A stretch of DNA of 63,933 nucleotides, the filler included, from Planctomycetota bacterium (GTDB taxonomy: Bacteria > Planctomycetota > Planctomycetia > JALXBF01): the NCBI GenBank assembly GCA_026991575.1. It is 7 parts of 7 records of this genome, joined end to end, with 100 filler letters (N's around TTAATTAATTAA, not from the genome) between each part and the next. Parts side by side here need not be neighbours in the genome. Positions count along the whole stretch, not along the records: positions 17,633 to 30,940 come from JALXBF010000147.1; positions 31,041 to 44,035 come from JALXBF010000148.1; 5 more parts are not named here. One strand, written 5' to 3'. The notes beneath the pieces are model-generated. The model was given only the letters and a program-made list of their open reading frames with translations, did no database searches and was not told the origin of the DNA. Position numbers and translations under genes: made by a program. Below are positions 20,773 to 31,250 of this stretch, in pieces; the stretch's first letter is position 1; every line of letters begins with the position of its first letter.

Positions 20773-20841
20773 CGAACCTGCCTCCACGCACGAATGCTTG
20801 CGCTTCTCACCAGAGCCTGGAACGCCGTGTTTGGTGGTGCG

Positions 20842-21885
20842 CTACACGGCCCGGCGCAGTTCGAGCAGCTTTACGGATACGTACAACATGAAGCCGGCAA
20901 CACTCAGATGGTAGACAAAGTACGCCGGGTTCACTTTGCCCTGCCCCAACTCGGCCAGGTGTGGCAGGACGGCGATGTGTTTGATCAGATCGGCGTACTT
21001 GCTGAAGGTGATGCTAGTCTGGGCATAGTAGTAGAAGACAAATGTCGAGAAGATCGCCAGTAGCGCCGCGAACGTGCCCATGGCGGCGACGAGCTGATTG
21101 CTCGCCAACGTCGAGGATAACACGCCGATCGCAATGAACATCGCTCCCACGGAGAGCACGCCTAGGTAGGCAGCAAGCACCGGCCACAACTCAAACTCGT
21201 AGTCCGCCGAAAAACGCAACCGGAGCAGGAACAATACCGACGGGATGTTGAGGAACACGTAGAAGATGAACGCCGCCAGGAACTTTCCGACGATGACTTC
21301 GCTTTCACGGATCGGCGCGGTCAGCAGTACTTCGATCGTGCCCTGGCGCCGCTCCTCGGCGACCAGTCGCATGGTGATGGCCGGGACCATGAACAACATC
21401 GCCAGCCAGAACCAGAGGTTCCAGGCGATGAATGACACGACCGGGCTCATCTCGCCGGCCATCTGCACGGAGATGTTCCTGAGCTGGGTCACCAGATCCC
21501 AGAAGTTGATCGTGTCGATGACCAGGATACCGGTCACGACGGCGTATGCCACCGGCGAGACGAAGTACGCCAGTAGCTCGCGGTCCATGGTCAACGCCGT
21601 GCGGTAGCTGAGCGCGTACAGCAGGATGCGTAATCCGACCGCGACGGCCAGTCCGACGCCAGCCCAGAGGACGATTTTGCCGGCGATCACGGCCGTTTCG
21701 ACGTCGCGTTGTGCACCCAGCGCCCACAGGATACCACCCAGAAGAACAACCAGCAGCGCAAAGGAACCTCCCCAGACCGACACGCCGCTGGTGCAAGCAT
21801 CGGCCAGCAGGTCGCGATAGGTCGGTTCCTCCGGGTGCACTGCATCGGCGCCGGCCACCAGGCCTCGTTCGACCACAGCAGCCAT
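20842..21885 (-). CDS. GldF-like ABC transporter permease
   Basis: RELLAYFVSPVAY and ITMRLVAEERRQGTIEVLLTAP motifs. Confidence 0.9.
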   Translation of the reverse strand: MAAVVERGLVAGADAVHPEEPTYRDLLADACTSGVSVWGGSFALLVVLLGGILWALGAQRDVETAVIAGKIVLWAGVGLAVAVGLRILLYALSYRTALTMDRELLAYFVSPVAYAVVTGILVIDTINFWDLVTQLRNISVQMAGEMSPVVSFIAWNLWFWLAMLFMVPAITMRLVAEERRQGTIEVLLTAPIRESEVIVGKFLAAFIFYVFLNIPSVLFLLRLRFSADYEFELWPVLAAYLGVLSVGAMFIAIGVLSSTLASNQLVAAMGTFAALLAIFSTFVFYYYAQTSITFSKYADLIKHIAVLPHLAELGQGKVNPAYFVYHLSVAGFMLYVSVKLLELRRAV

Positions 21886-21922
21886 GGACGATTTCCTCCG
21901 CTAGCTCACCGGCCCAATCAGC

Positions 21923-22870
21923 TCAGGCTTCGGCGCGCAGGATGGCATCAACGAACCGATCTTCCAGCGTCTCGCGCCTCAGTGCCAGGTGCCGCAGCTT
22001 CCAGCCGCGGTCCAGCACCATGCGCGCCACCTGGTCCCTTGGGTCCGCGTTATCTTCCAGCACCAGCTCGAACAATTCGCCGCCATCGCGTGGCGGTCGC
22101 ACCTCACGCACGCCTGCCACCGCCCCTAACGCGCTGGCCACGTCATCCACAGGCACGCCATCTGCAGCCACTCCGACCTCGATCAACCGGGAACGCTGCA
22201 GCTCGGCCAGCGGGGAATCCAGAGCGATCTTGCCGCGGTGGATGATGATCACGCGCTCGCAAACCATCTCGACCTCGTGCAGGATGTGCGTGGAGAGAAG
22301 CACGGTGTGGTCCACGCCCAATTCGCGGATCACTTCCCGCGTCTCGCGCACCTGCAGTGGATCCAGCCCAACGGTCGGCTCGTCCAGAATCAGGATGTCC
22401 GGATTGTGCACGAGCGCGTCAGCCAAGCCGACCCGCTGCCGGTAACCTTTGGACAACGTGCTACACAGCCTACGCCGCATCTCCTGCAGGCGGCACCGCT
22501 CGATGACATAGTCGATGCGTGCCTTCCGCTGAGACCTGGGCACCCCCTTTAGTTTCGCGCGGTAGTCCAGGTACTCCTCCACGCGCATCTCGCCGTAGAG
22601 GGCAACGTTTTCGGGGAGGTACCCCAGGTGGCGACGGGCCAGAAGTGATGCTTCGCTAACGTCATAGCCGGCAATCTCAGCACGCCCCATGGTGGGCCGC
22701 AGAAAGCCGGTCAAGATCCGCATCGTGGTCGTCTTGCCCGCGCCGTTCGGGCCCAGGAAGCCGACCACCTCGCCTTCGGCAACCTCGAACGTGATGCCAT
22801 CCACAGCCCGGACCGGCCCAAACAACCGGACCAGGTCCTGCACGCGAATCTTGACAGCGTTGCTGGTCAT
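21923..22870 (-). CDS. ABC transporter ATP-binding protein (GldA-like)
   Basis: Walker A GPNGAGKTT, signature LSKGYRQR, Walker B ILDEPT. Confidence 0.95.
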   Translation of the reverse strand: MTSNAVKIRVQDLVRLFGPVRAVDGITFEVAEGEVVGFLGPNGAGKTTTMRILTGFLRPTMGRAEIAGYDVSEASLLARRHLGYLPENVALYGEMRVEEYLDYRAKLKGVPRSQRKARIDYVIERCRLQEMRRRLCSTLSKGYRQRVGLADALVHNPDILILDEPTVGLDPLQVRETREVIRELGVDHTVLLSTHILHEVEMVCERVIIIHRGKIALDSPLAELQRSRLIEVGVAADGVPVDDVASALGAVAGVREVRPPRDGGELFELVLEDNADPRDQVARMVLDRGWKLRHLALRRETLEDRFVDAILRAEA

Positions 22871-23331
22871 GGTCGTTCCCGCCTCATCCGAGCGGTTCTA
22901 TCCCCGTTCCGCCCCAGTCCAGGGCCTGCAGTCCAAGGCTGACACCCTCAGAAGACCGGTCCGTATCCGAATAAAGGCAGGTGCGCTACCGGGCACTCGG
23001 CACACACGGGGCGTACCCGGCAAGCGTTGGCAAACTGACCCGCAGACCCCGACCACACCCTTCCCGATCACACTAAGTATACGCCCCACCCCCAGCCGGC
23101 AGTTGACCGCGGTAGGCCTTCTGGTGGGCCGCACGGCTGTAGATCGGCACGGCCGTGATCGGCCAAGCCCGGCCGATCGGCTCGGCCGGCCGTCTTGCTG
23201 CGCGCACGTCTGATCGTCTCGATCGGGCAATGGCGTGATGGAGACGGTCACCCGCGGTGAGTCGCGGTCTGAAGCGGGAAGAGGCGGTGCCTGGTGGTGC
23301 GATGGCAGCGTCGGGCGCGCGCAGGTAGCAA

Positions 23332-23343
23332 CGTCAATTGACG
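23332..23343. promoter_or_regulatory. Perfect 12-bp palindrome CGTCAATTGACG in the divergent intergenic region
   Basis: AT-richer palindrome about 80 nt upstream of the VWA operon start; possible regulator site. Confidence 0.3.
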
Positions 23344-23421
23344 CTTACGGCATGCGCTTTTAGCATACCAGTGAAACGCTTGTTCCAACCCACGTCCGGC
23401 TGAGCGGTTTCGGAGCAGCGC

Positions 23422-24405
23422 ATGGCCGACTCTGGCAGCAGGCAATTTCAGCGACGTACCCTGCTGTGGCTACCCCCTGCCCTGCGTGCCTCCTCGTGGC
23501 TTGCCTCGCTGGCCGTGCACGCGGTGCTGTTCGTCACCCTTGGCACCATCTCCTGGGTTAGCGTCGCCCGCCAGCCCACGCGGGAGATCACTGTTGGGAT
23601 CGTTGTCAAGAAGCACGACGAGCAGGGCACGGCGTACGAGAGCGGCGATGGCGAACTCCGCCCCTACGACTCGAATCAGCCGCGGGACGAGCTGGACTTC
23701 TTGCCAGAGGAGGCCCCTACCGAGCCGACCTCGGAGGAAGCGCAGCTGCCGAGCGTGGACCTGGCCCCCATCGGCGTCGTCGGTAGCCCAGTCGGGGCCG
23801 GTGCTGAGCTCGTGCCGGTGCCTAGCCAGGTGCCCGCGCTGGCAGGCCCACGGGCACGGGCACGGTTCTTCGGAGCCGAGTCTTGGGGTAGCCGATTCGT
23901 GTTCGCCGTTGACCGCTCCGGCTCGATGGCCACGAACAACGCGCTCGGCGCCGCCAAACAGGAGTTGCTCCGTGCGCTGAACGCATTGCCGCCGCACGTT
24001 CAGTTCCAGGTCATCTTCTATAACTTGCACCCCGAGCCCCTGCCGCTCAACGGCGGCAAGCTGGTCTACGCAGACGAGGCCAACAAGAAGAAGGTTCGCC
24101 AGTTGCTGAAGAACTACGCCCCGGAAGGTGGCACGGACCATCTGCCCCCCTTGCGACTCGCCCTGCTCAGTCTGAAGGCCGACACGGTCTTTTTCCTGAC
24201 CGATGCCGATGAGATGACGCTGCGCGACGTGGAAGACGTCACCCGGATCAACCGACAGCACGCCACGATCCACGCGATTGAGTTTGGCTTAGGCCCGCGG
24301 TTGGACAAGACCGTCGCGCTGGAAGAGCTGGCAAGGCGCAACGGTGGCACGTATCGCTACATTGACACAACGCAGTTCGTGAACGGCCCTCAGCCCACCA
24401 GATGA
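23422..24405 (+). CDS. Membrane-anchored VWA domain protein
   Basis: SLAVH TonB-like anchor, MIDAS DRSGSM, GGT and FFLTD motifs. Confidence 0.85.
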   Translation: MADSGSRQFQRRTLLWLPPALRASSWLASLAVHAVLFVTLGTISWVSVARQPTREITVGIVVKKHDEQGTAYESGDGELRPYDSNQPRDELDFLPEEAPTEPTSEEAQLPSVDLAPIGVVGSPVGAGAELVPVPSQVPALAGPRARARFFGAESWGSRFVFAVDRSGSMATNNALGAAKQELLRALNALPPHVQFQVIFYNLHPEPLPLNGGKLVYADEANKKKVRQLLKNYAPEGGTDHLPPLRLALLSLKADTVFFLTDADEMTLRDVEDVTRINRQHATIHAIEFGLGPRLDKTVALEELARRNGGTYRYIDTTQFVNGPQPTR

Positions 24406-25448
24406 CGTCGCTCACTGTCAGACAAGCAACATGCTGTGGCGCCAGGCCCGGCCCCAGAGCGCTGATGTCTTGTGCATGGCTGTTGCTGGTGGCCGCCTCT
24501 GTGGTGGTCCTGGTTGGCCTGCCGGCTGACGCTGATGCCGTACGGCTTCGTAACGGCGCCGGCTATAAGGGAACGGTGGTCGAGTACACGGACAGCTACG
24601 TCATGATCCGCACGGACGGCGGCCAGACGCGCCGCATTGAGTGGGCCGAGCTGGCTTATCTGGAGGTCGAGTACCTGGAGAGCTATCGGCGTGGACTGAG
24701 CCTGTTGGCCGAAGGCAGGGTAACGGAGGCGGTCGCGCTGCTGGACGACGCGGTGCGTGCCGAGACCAGGCCGTGGGCGCGTGCCCTGGCGCTGGGTGCG
24801 TTGATGAAGGGGTACACGCTCGCGGGCCATTACCGGCTCGCACTGCAGCGGCTGGCGGAGGAGTTGCGGCATCGCCCGGCGCGGATCGAGTGGAGCCAGC
24901 TACCGGTGTGGTGGTTTGCCAAACCAGCTCCGGAGGACGCGGTAACGGAGGCGAGCCGGTTGCTGGCAGCGCCACAGGTGGAGCTGGCGGTTACGGGTGC
25001 CAGCTACGTGTTGGCCAGTGCGCAGCGACAAGCGGCCGCTAACGCGGTACGCGTTTACGAGGACGACCAGGACGTGACCCGGCGCGTTTACGCCCGCAGT
25101 TTGCTAGCGTTGCATGGCTTTCGCGACGCGGACCCGGTTGCGTGGCGGGCCGAGATCGACAGTTTGCCGCTGCGTCAACAGCCCGGTCCGTTACTGGCGC
25201 TTGCCCAGGTCCTGGAACGTCGCGGTCAACGGCGGCCAGCAGTGCATGTCTACCTGAGAGTGGCGTTCGTTCACCCGGATCGGCCACGGCTGGCGGCCTT
25301 CGCACTATGGCACGCCGCGCAGTTGCTGGAACAGACCGGCCGCGCCGACGCCGCAATCACTCTGTACCGGGAACTCCGAAAGCGTTATCCTCACTCCACA
25401 GAGGCCCACGCGGCCGAAGCTCAGAACAAGGGGGGACGATCCGACTGA
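24402..25448 (+). CDS. Exported TPR-like protein
   Basis: Signal peptide and C-terminal TPR pair (YLRVAFVHP...A..LYREL..RYP.S). Confidence 0.75.
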   Translation: MTSLTVRQATCCGARPGPRALMSCAWLLLVAASVVVLVGLPADADAVRLRNGAGYKGTVVEYTDSYVMIRTDGGQTRRIEWAELAYLEVEYLESYRRGLSLLAEGRVTEAVALLDDAVRAETRPWARALALGALMKGYTLAGHYRLALQRLAEELRHRPARIEWSQLPVWWFAKPAPEDAVTEASRLLAAPQVELAVTGASYVLASAQRQAAANAVRVYEDDQDVTRRVYARSLLALHGFRDADPVAWRAEIDSLPLRQQPGPLLALAQVLERRGQRRPAVHVYLRVAFVHPDRPRLAAFALWHAAQLLEQTGRADAAITLYRELRKRYPHSTEAHAAEAQNKGGRSD

Positions 25449-25518
25449 CGCGTTCGCCTGCCATCCCCCCTGGCCAACGATTGCCTTCGGACAGCAACCG
25501 GCAACGACGGAGGTACGC

Positions 25519-26352
25519 TTGAGTCGGCCCATTGCACCAGGCATGCTTGCCGTGGGTCGGTGGCCGGGACGCCAGCTGCTCCTGGCCTGGACCACATGGG
25601 CATTGCTTGTTGGAGCCGTCGGTCCGGTCCTGGCACAGGAGGATTCGGCACCGGCCGACCGAGAGCAGCCGCGACCGGCGGCGGCGCACGAAACCGGGCT
25701 GCTGGAGCTGTTTCGCGCCGGCGGGCTGATCGGTTACGTGATCGTCGGGCTCAGCATCGCCGCGCTTGCGCTGACGCTGGAGCAGCTCTACACGTTGCGC
25801 TGGCGGGCATTTGTGGATCGGGGACTTGCCGAACAGCTCAGCGAGCTCATCGGACGCGGCGAGTTTCGGGAAGCAGAGAAGTTGTGCCTGGACTTCCCCA
25901 TCATGCTTAGCATCCTGGTGCGGGCCGGTCTGCAGGAGGTCCGGCTCGGCTACGCCGCCGTGGAGAAAGCGATGGAGGAAGCGGCTATGCTGCACGGCGC
26001 GCGGATCTACCGGCGAATCGAGCTGCTCAGTGTCCTGGCCAGTCTCTCCACCATGCTCGGCCTGCTGGGCACAGTCGTCGGGCTAATCAAAGCGTTTCGC
26101 AAGGTAGCTGAGATGGGGGGCATGGCCCAGGCTGCTGATCTAGCCACCGGGATCTACCAGGCACTGGTGACCACGGTCGAAGGGCTGCTTGTCGCCATTC
26201 CGTGCATGGCACTGTTTGCGCTGTTCCGCAATCGCCTAGACCAGCTCATGGCCGAGGCCGCCCTGTTAGCTGAGTACGCGTTCGCCGGGTACAAGCTCGC
26301 GCGCGCGGCGCGGCGTGCTGAAGCGGTCAAAACCAAAGGCGCCAGGGCCTGA
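25519..26352 (+). CDS. exbB: MotA/TolQ/ExbB proton channel family protein
   Basis: MLGLLGTVVGLI.AF and GIYQALVTTVEGL motifs. Confidence 0.9.
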   Translation: MSRPIAPGMLAVGRWPGRQLLLAWTTWALLVGAVGPVLAQEDSAPADREQPRPAAAHETGLLELFRAGGLIGYVIVGLSIAALALTLEQLYTLRWRAFVDRGLAEQLSELIGRGEFREAEKLCLDFPIMLSILVRAGLQEVRLGYAAVEKAMEEAAMLHGARIYRRIELLSVLASLSTMLGLLGTVVGLIKAFRKVAEMGGMAQAADLATGIYQALVTTVEGLLVAIPCMALFALFRNRLDQLMAEAALLAEYAFAGYKLARAARRAEAVKTKGARA

Positions 26353-26372
26353 TCGGAACGGGATCGCCACCA

Positions 26373-26816
26373 ATGCGGTTGCCTAGCTTCCGCCGCCACG
26401 CACCAGCCACGCCGAACCTGACGCCCATGGTCGATGTGGTCTTTCAACTCATCGTGTTCTTCGTCGCAACCAGCACACTGGCCAAGTACGAATTCGCTCG
26501 CGGCATCACGCTGCCCGAAGCGCGCTCGGGCGAACCGGTTGCCACCACCCGCTCGATGGTCACCGTCAACGTCCTCCCCGATGGCACGCTGCTGGCGGCA
26601 GGACGTACCGTAACGGCTGCCGAGGTGGAAAAATCGCTCCGGGTTAAGGCCCAGCAAGTGGGCGCCGAGCAGGTTAGCCTGTACATCCGGGCCGACGCGA
26701 GCACCCGCTACGGTGCGGTTGAACCGGTCCTGCTAGCCGCTGCCCGAGCTGGTGTCTGGCGTGTCCGTATTGCTGTGCGCGAAGCCGACCAACGGGGATC
26801 AGGCACCGGGCGATGA
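26373..26816 (+). CDS. exbD: ExbD/TolR family protein
   Basis: NLTPMVDVVFQLIVFF and IRAD motifs. Confidence 0.9.
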   Translation: MRLPSFRRHAPATPNLTPMVDVVFQLIVFFVATSTLAKYEFARGITLPEARSGEPVATTRSMVTVNVLPDGTLLAAGRTVTAAEVEKSLRVKAQQVGAEQVSLYIRADASTRYGAVEPVLLAAARAGVWRVRIAVREADQRGSGTGR

Positions 26817-27259
26817 AGCTGCCCACGCTAGGTCGCGACAAACCGTTTGAGGCCAGCGCCCCCATGACACCGCTCATCGACGTCGTCTTCCAGCTCCTGG
26901 TCTACTTCCTCTGCACGGCCAGCTTCAACCCGCCCGAGTTTCAGTTACCGGCCAACTTGCCGGCCACGGGCATCGGCCAGCCGAGCGAACCGCCACCGGA
27001 ACTGCAGGAACTCGAACTGATCGAGCTGAGCCTCCGCCGCGAGAACCACCGTACCACCATCTCGCTCAACGGCGAGCCGGTGGCCGGCTTTGCAGAACTG
27101 GAACGCAAGCTCCGGGCACTCGCGCAGCTTGCCGCCTTGCCGGTGATCTTTGACCCGGCCCCCGACGTACCGATTGCCGACATGGTCAAAGCGTATGACT
27201 TGTGCCTGCTGGTCGGACTAACCGACATCCGCTTCGCCACTCGATCCGGGGAGCCGTGA
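26813..27259 (+). CDS. exbD: ExbD/TolR family protein
   Basis: MTPLIDVVFQLLVYF motif. Confidence 0.88.
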   Translation: MKLPTLGRDKPFEASAPMTPLIDVVFQLLVYFLCTASFNPPEFQLPANLPATGIGQPSEPPPELQELELIELSLRRENHRTTISLNGEPVAGFAELERKLRALAQLAALPVIFDPAPDVPIADMVKAYDLCLLVGLTDIRFATRSGEP

Positions 27260-27313
27260 CTGGCTCGGACCAGCTCTCGGACTGTAGCGGAACATCGCCG
27301 ACCGTCGCGTGAC

Positions 27314-29959
27314 GTGGACGGCGGCGAACAATTGCAACGGTGGCAGAACCACGAACCGCACGAAGCGCTCATGTTGATGACCGTGACTGCTTGCCTGTGC
27401 ACCTCACGCACTGCGACCTGGAGCACTGCTGTTGGGGTTGCCCTGTGGGTCGTGGCAGCTGGCTGGTGCGCTTCGGCGCAGCAGCCGGCCCGAACGCTCG
27501 TACGCGAGCCGGCTCCGTTGCCGTTCGACCCCGAGCAGCTCTACCTGCAGGAACTACGTGCGCTGGGCCTGGAGGACCTTGCTGCCGAACACTGCCGTGA
27601 GCAGCTCAGGCACGCCGACCGGCTGAAGCCCTCGCGCCGCGCGCTGTACGCCATCGTGCTCAGCGACATCTTGGCGCGACAGGCCAGCGACGCAACGTCT
27701 GCCGCTAAGCGCCAACGGCTGTGGGCGGAGGCAGCCGCACTCCTAACGCAGCTGCTTGCCAAAGACAGTGCCGGTCCCCACACGCCGGCGGTTCGCTACC
27801 AGTTGGCCCAGCTCGAGTTGGCCGCTGCCCAGCTTGACCGGCTGCGGCTAGCCGTCTCGCCCGACAACGCCGAGCTGCGCGCCTCGGCCCGGCACCATCT
27901 GTCGCAGGCGGTCAAGCTACTCGGACAGGTAGATCGCGACCTGCAGGAGCAGACCCGGTCGCTGACACCGGCCGAGTCGGCTGTCCGATCGGTCATGTTT
28001 GTGGCCATCGAGGATGCGGCCAGACAGGCGCGCGCCAGGACTCAGCTGGAACTTGCTCTGCTCCACGAACCCGGCTCCCCGGCGCGGATCCGAGCCGCAC
28101 GCGAAGCCATCCGGCTGTTGGAACCCCTGGTGGAGCACCTGGCTGGCAGACGGGATGATCCGCTTGCCCGTCAGCGCCTAGCCGAGGCGCGCCTGATGCT
28201 GGCTGAAGCTTACCTGCTAGCCAACGAGCATACGAAGGCTCATGCTACGCTGAACGACCTGACCGCATCGAAACCGCCCACGGAGTACCTGGATCGGGCG
28301 CTCGTTCTGCGGGCCAGGCTCCATGCAGCCCAGAACCAATGGCAGAAGGTCTACGCTTTCGTGCGCGACGCGCGCGACCTGCTGGAGACGTCGCAGCCGG
28401 AGCTAGAGCTGCTCTTTGTCGAAGCCTGTTTGCGGTTGGCGGTCCGCCGCGGGCGCGTGGAAGCGGCCCGTTTCCTTCAAGAGGGTCTGTTGGCCGCCGA
28501 AGAGCTCGGCAACAAGCATGGTGCTTACTGGCGGGCCCGTGCGGCAGTGATCGTCGCCGACCTGCTGCCCGATCCGACGTCTATCACGGATCCCGCGCTC
28601 CTGCTGCGCCTGGCGGAGGTGATGGTAAGTCGTCAGGACGCGTCATCGGCGGAGCGGCTGTACCGACGTGTCGTCGAGCTCACGCCCCCAGGCAGCGCGA
28701 TCCAACGTCAGGCAGCACTGGGCATGGCCCGCGCCCTGCGTGCCCAGGGTCGGCTGCAGGAAGCAGCCGACGCACTGGCAGACATCGCCAGGCGGGCACC
28801 AGCAAGCCGGGAAGCCGCCCAGGGCCTGCTTGAGGCCGCCTACTGCTATGCTCAGCTCTACCGGGCCAAACGGAGCCAGCAGTTTCTTGACCGCTACGAG
28901 GATTGCCTGGAGCAGCTCGTAGCGGCTCACCGCCATCGGCCCGAGGGGCGGCGCGCGCTTGCGCTGCTGGCACGCTACCGCGAAGCCCAGTCTGACTGGC
29001 TCGAAGCTGCCCGGCTGTACCGGCAGCTTGCGGAGCTGGACGACGAACAGGCCAGTGAGGCTGTGCTTCGGGCGGCCCGCTGTTATCGCATTGCGCTGCA
29101 GAGGCTCTGGCAAGGCGGACAGCGCGCGGACCAGCTGCTGTCCGAGACCAGTGGCTTTCTGGCCGCTCAGATTCGCCTGCTCAAGGCTCACGGCAAGCTA
29201 GACGAAGCCCGAGCGGTTGGCGCGGAATTGGCAATCGTTTACACCAGTGAAGGCGCGGGGCGCTACCGGGAAGCGCTCGAGTTGATGGAGACGCTCTTCG
29301 GCCCGGCTTCCCTGTCCAGTGGCCAACTCGACTCGCTGAGGGCAGCATACCTGGTCGCTCTGCTGCAAACGGGTCGGCTTCGCCGCGCAGAGGAAGTGAG
29401 CCGATCTTGGTCGGTTGGTGACCTGGCTTTGGCCGTCTCCCTGCTGGAGCGGCTGTCCCGGCTGGGGGCGGCGTCGCGGCACGAGCAGGTGCGCAGGACG
29501 GTTGGTCAGGTGCAGTTGACACTGCTGAAGCAAGTCCCGCCGCCGTCGTCGGACGGTTCGGCCGACCGTTCGTTGCGACTGCGGCTGGAACTGGTCAGGG
29601 GTATGGCGCTCTGGCTGCTGGGCCGCCAGCAGGAGGCTGAAGAGGTCTTTGCACGATTGGAGCAGCGCTTAGAATCGGACCCGCAGGCATTGCTCGCGTA
29701 TGCCCGTAATCTGTCAGCCCTGGGCCAGTTCCGAGGAGCGCGCCGCGCGTGGCGCCGGCTGGGTCGGATCTATCGTCCCCCCAGCCCCGTCTATTATGAG
29801 GCGAAGTATGAGCTTGCCAGGGCCTGCCTGAAGCTGGGCGATGCCGATCAGGCGCGCAAGATCATCGAAACGCTGGAGGTGCTCCACCCGAGCATGGGCG
29901 GCCCGGAGTGGAAGGCCCGGTTTCGTGAGCTGAAAGCGGACGTGATCCTGCACCAGTGA
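27314..29959 (+). CDS. Large exported TPR protein
   Basis: Ala/Leu/Arg-rich helical repeats; C-terminal YEAKYELA...HPSMGGPEW. Start uncertain. Confidence 0.75.
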   Translation: MDGGEQLQRWQNHEPHEALMLMTVTACLCTSRTATWSTAVGVALWVVAAGWCASAQQPARTLVREPAPLPFDPEQLYLQELRALGLEDLAAEHCREQLRHADRLKPSRRALYAIVLSDILARQASDATSAAKRQRLWAEAAALLTQLLAKDSAGPHTPAVRYQLAQLELAAAQLDRLRLAVSPDNAELRASARHHLSQAVKLLGQVDRDLQEQTRSLTPAESAVRSVMFVAIEDAARQARARTQLELALLHEPGSPARIRAAREAIRLLEPLVEHLAGRRDDPLARQRLAEARLMLAEAYLLANEHTKAHATLNDLTASKPPTEYLDRALVLRARLHAAQNQWQKVYAFVRDARDLLETSQPELELLFVEACLRLAVRRGRVEAARFLQEGLLAAEELGNKHGAYWRARAAVIVADLLPDPTSITDPALLLRLAEVMVSRQDASSAERLYRRVVELTPPGSAIQRQAALGMARALRAQGRLQEAADALADIARRAPASREAAQGLLEAAYCYAQLYRAKRSQQFLDRYEDCLEQLVAAHRHRPEGRRALALLARYREAQSDWLEAARLYRQLAELDDEQASEAVLRAARCYRIALQRLWQGGQRADQLLSETSGFLAAQIRLLKAHGKLDEARAVGAELAIVYTSEGAGRYREALELMETLFGPASLSSGQLDSLRAAYLVALLQTGRLRRAEEVSRSWSVGDLALAVSLLERLSRLGAASRHEQVRRTVGQVQLTLLKQVPPPSSDGSADRSLRLRLELVRGMALWLLGRQQEAEEVFARLEQRLESDPQALLAYARNLSALGQFRGARRAWRRLGRIYRPPSPVYYEAKYELARACLKLGDADQARKIIETLEVLHPSMGGPEWKARFRELKADVILHQ

Positions 29960-29997
29960 GTCTGGACCCCACCCGACGCGTGGAGGAGACGACGGTA

Positions 29998-30940
29998 GTG
30001 GCAAGGAAACGGACTGCGGCTCAAACCCGCTCGCTGCTGGACGAGGCACCGGGGGCCGGCAACGGCAAGCAGACGGCACGGCGGCGCCGGAGGGTGGCAC
30101 CGGTTTCTGCCCGCGAGATGGCGGCGCGCAACCGGGAGATTTCCGTCAGCGAGTTCTTTCTTAAGAACCGCCATCTACTCGGCTTCGACAGCCCGCGTAA
30201 GGCGCTGTTGACGACGGTGAAGGAGGCCGTCGACAACGCGCTGGATGCGTGTGAGGAAGCGGGCATTCTGCCGTCCATCCTGGTGAAGATCGAAGTCGTA
30301 CCGCGCGATGACGGTACCGTGCCACCGGCGTCCCAGGCCGACCGCTTCCGCGTCACCGTGCGCGATAACGGACCCGGCATCCCACAGGCAAACATCGGCA
30401 AGGTGTTTGCCAAGCTGCTCTACGGATCGAAGTTCCATCGGCTCAAGATGAGCCGCGGTCAGCAGGGCATCGGCATCTCGGCCGCGGCCATGTACGGCCA
30501 GCTAACGACGGGCAAACCATGTCGCGTCATCAGCAAGCTAGCCGACGAGAAGCAGGCCCACTTGTTCGAGCTCAGCATCGACACGCGCAAGAACGAACCC
30601 CTGGTGCACGAAAAGCAACGGATCGACTGGGACCACCCGCACGGAACCGAAGTGGTCATCGAACTGATCGGGCGGCACATGCGGGGCCGGCAATCGGTGG
30701 AGGAGTACCTTGAGTTGACCGCCATCGCGAACCCGCACGCCGAAATCACGTACATAGCCCCGACTGGCGAACGACGCGTATTCCCGCGCGGTATCGATCG
30801 TCTGCCCGAACCAGCGCGCGAAACGAAACCCCATCCGCTCGGCGTCGAACTCGGTATGCTGATGCGGATGGCTCATGACACGACAGCTCGCACGGTGAGC
30901 ACCTTCCTGGCCGGCGACTTCTGCCGCGTCTCTGCCAGGG
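29998..30940 (+). CDS. top6B: DNA topoisomerase VI subunit B (3' truncated)
   Basis: EISVSEFF.KN, KEAVDNALDACEE, DNGPGI, GSKFH and SRGQQGIGIS GHKL motifs; GGAGG Shine-Dalgarno before GTG 29998. Confidence 0.93.
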
Positions 30941-31040
30941 NNNNNNNNNNNNNNNNNNNNNNNNNNNNNNNNNNNNNNNNNNNNTTAATTAATTAANNNN
31001 NNNNNNNNNNNNNNNNNNNNNNNNNNNNNNNNNNNNNNNN

Positions 31041-31250
31041 TTGGACGGTCTTCGGCTGGCGCCGTCGGACCTGCCGAGTCTGGCTGCTCGGTTTGGACCT
31101 CCGCCCGCGATGCCACCGCCGCCGCAAGGCCCTTACCTGGTCCTGGCCGCGGGAGCGCTGCTTTTCCTACTAGCGGTGCTGAGCATCGGATACTTCGCGC
31201 GCCGTCTGCGCCGGGCTGATCCGCTGAATGCCAGTGGTAGGGACCCATGA
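31041..31250 (+). CDS. C-terminal fragment of an exported protein with Pro linker and TM anchor (5' partial)
   Basis: LRLAPSDL...PPPP, then a hydrophobic helix and RRLRR tail; same layout as 55258-56589. Confidence 0.6.
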   Translation: MDGLRLAPSDLPSLAARFGPPPAMPPPPQGPYLVLAAGALLFLLAVLSIGYFARRLRRADPLNASGRDP

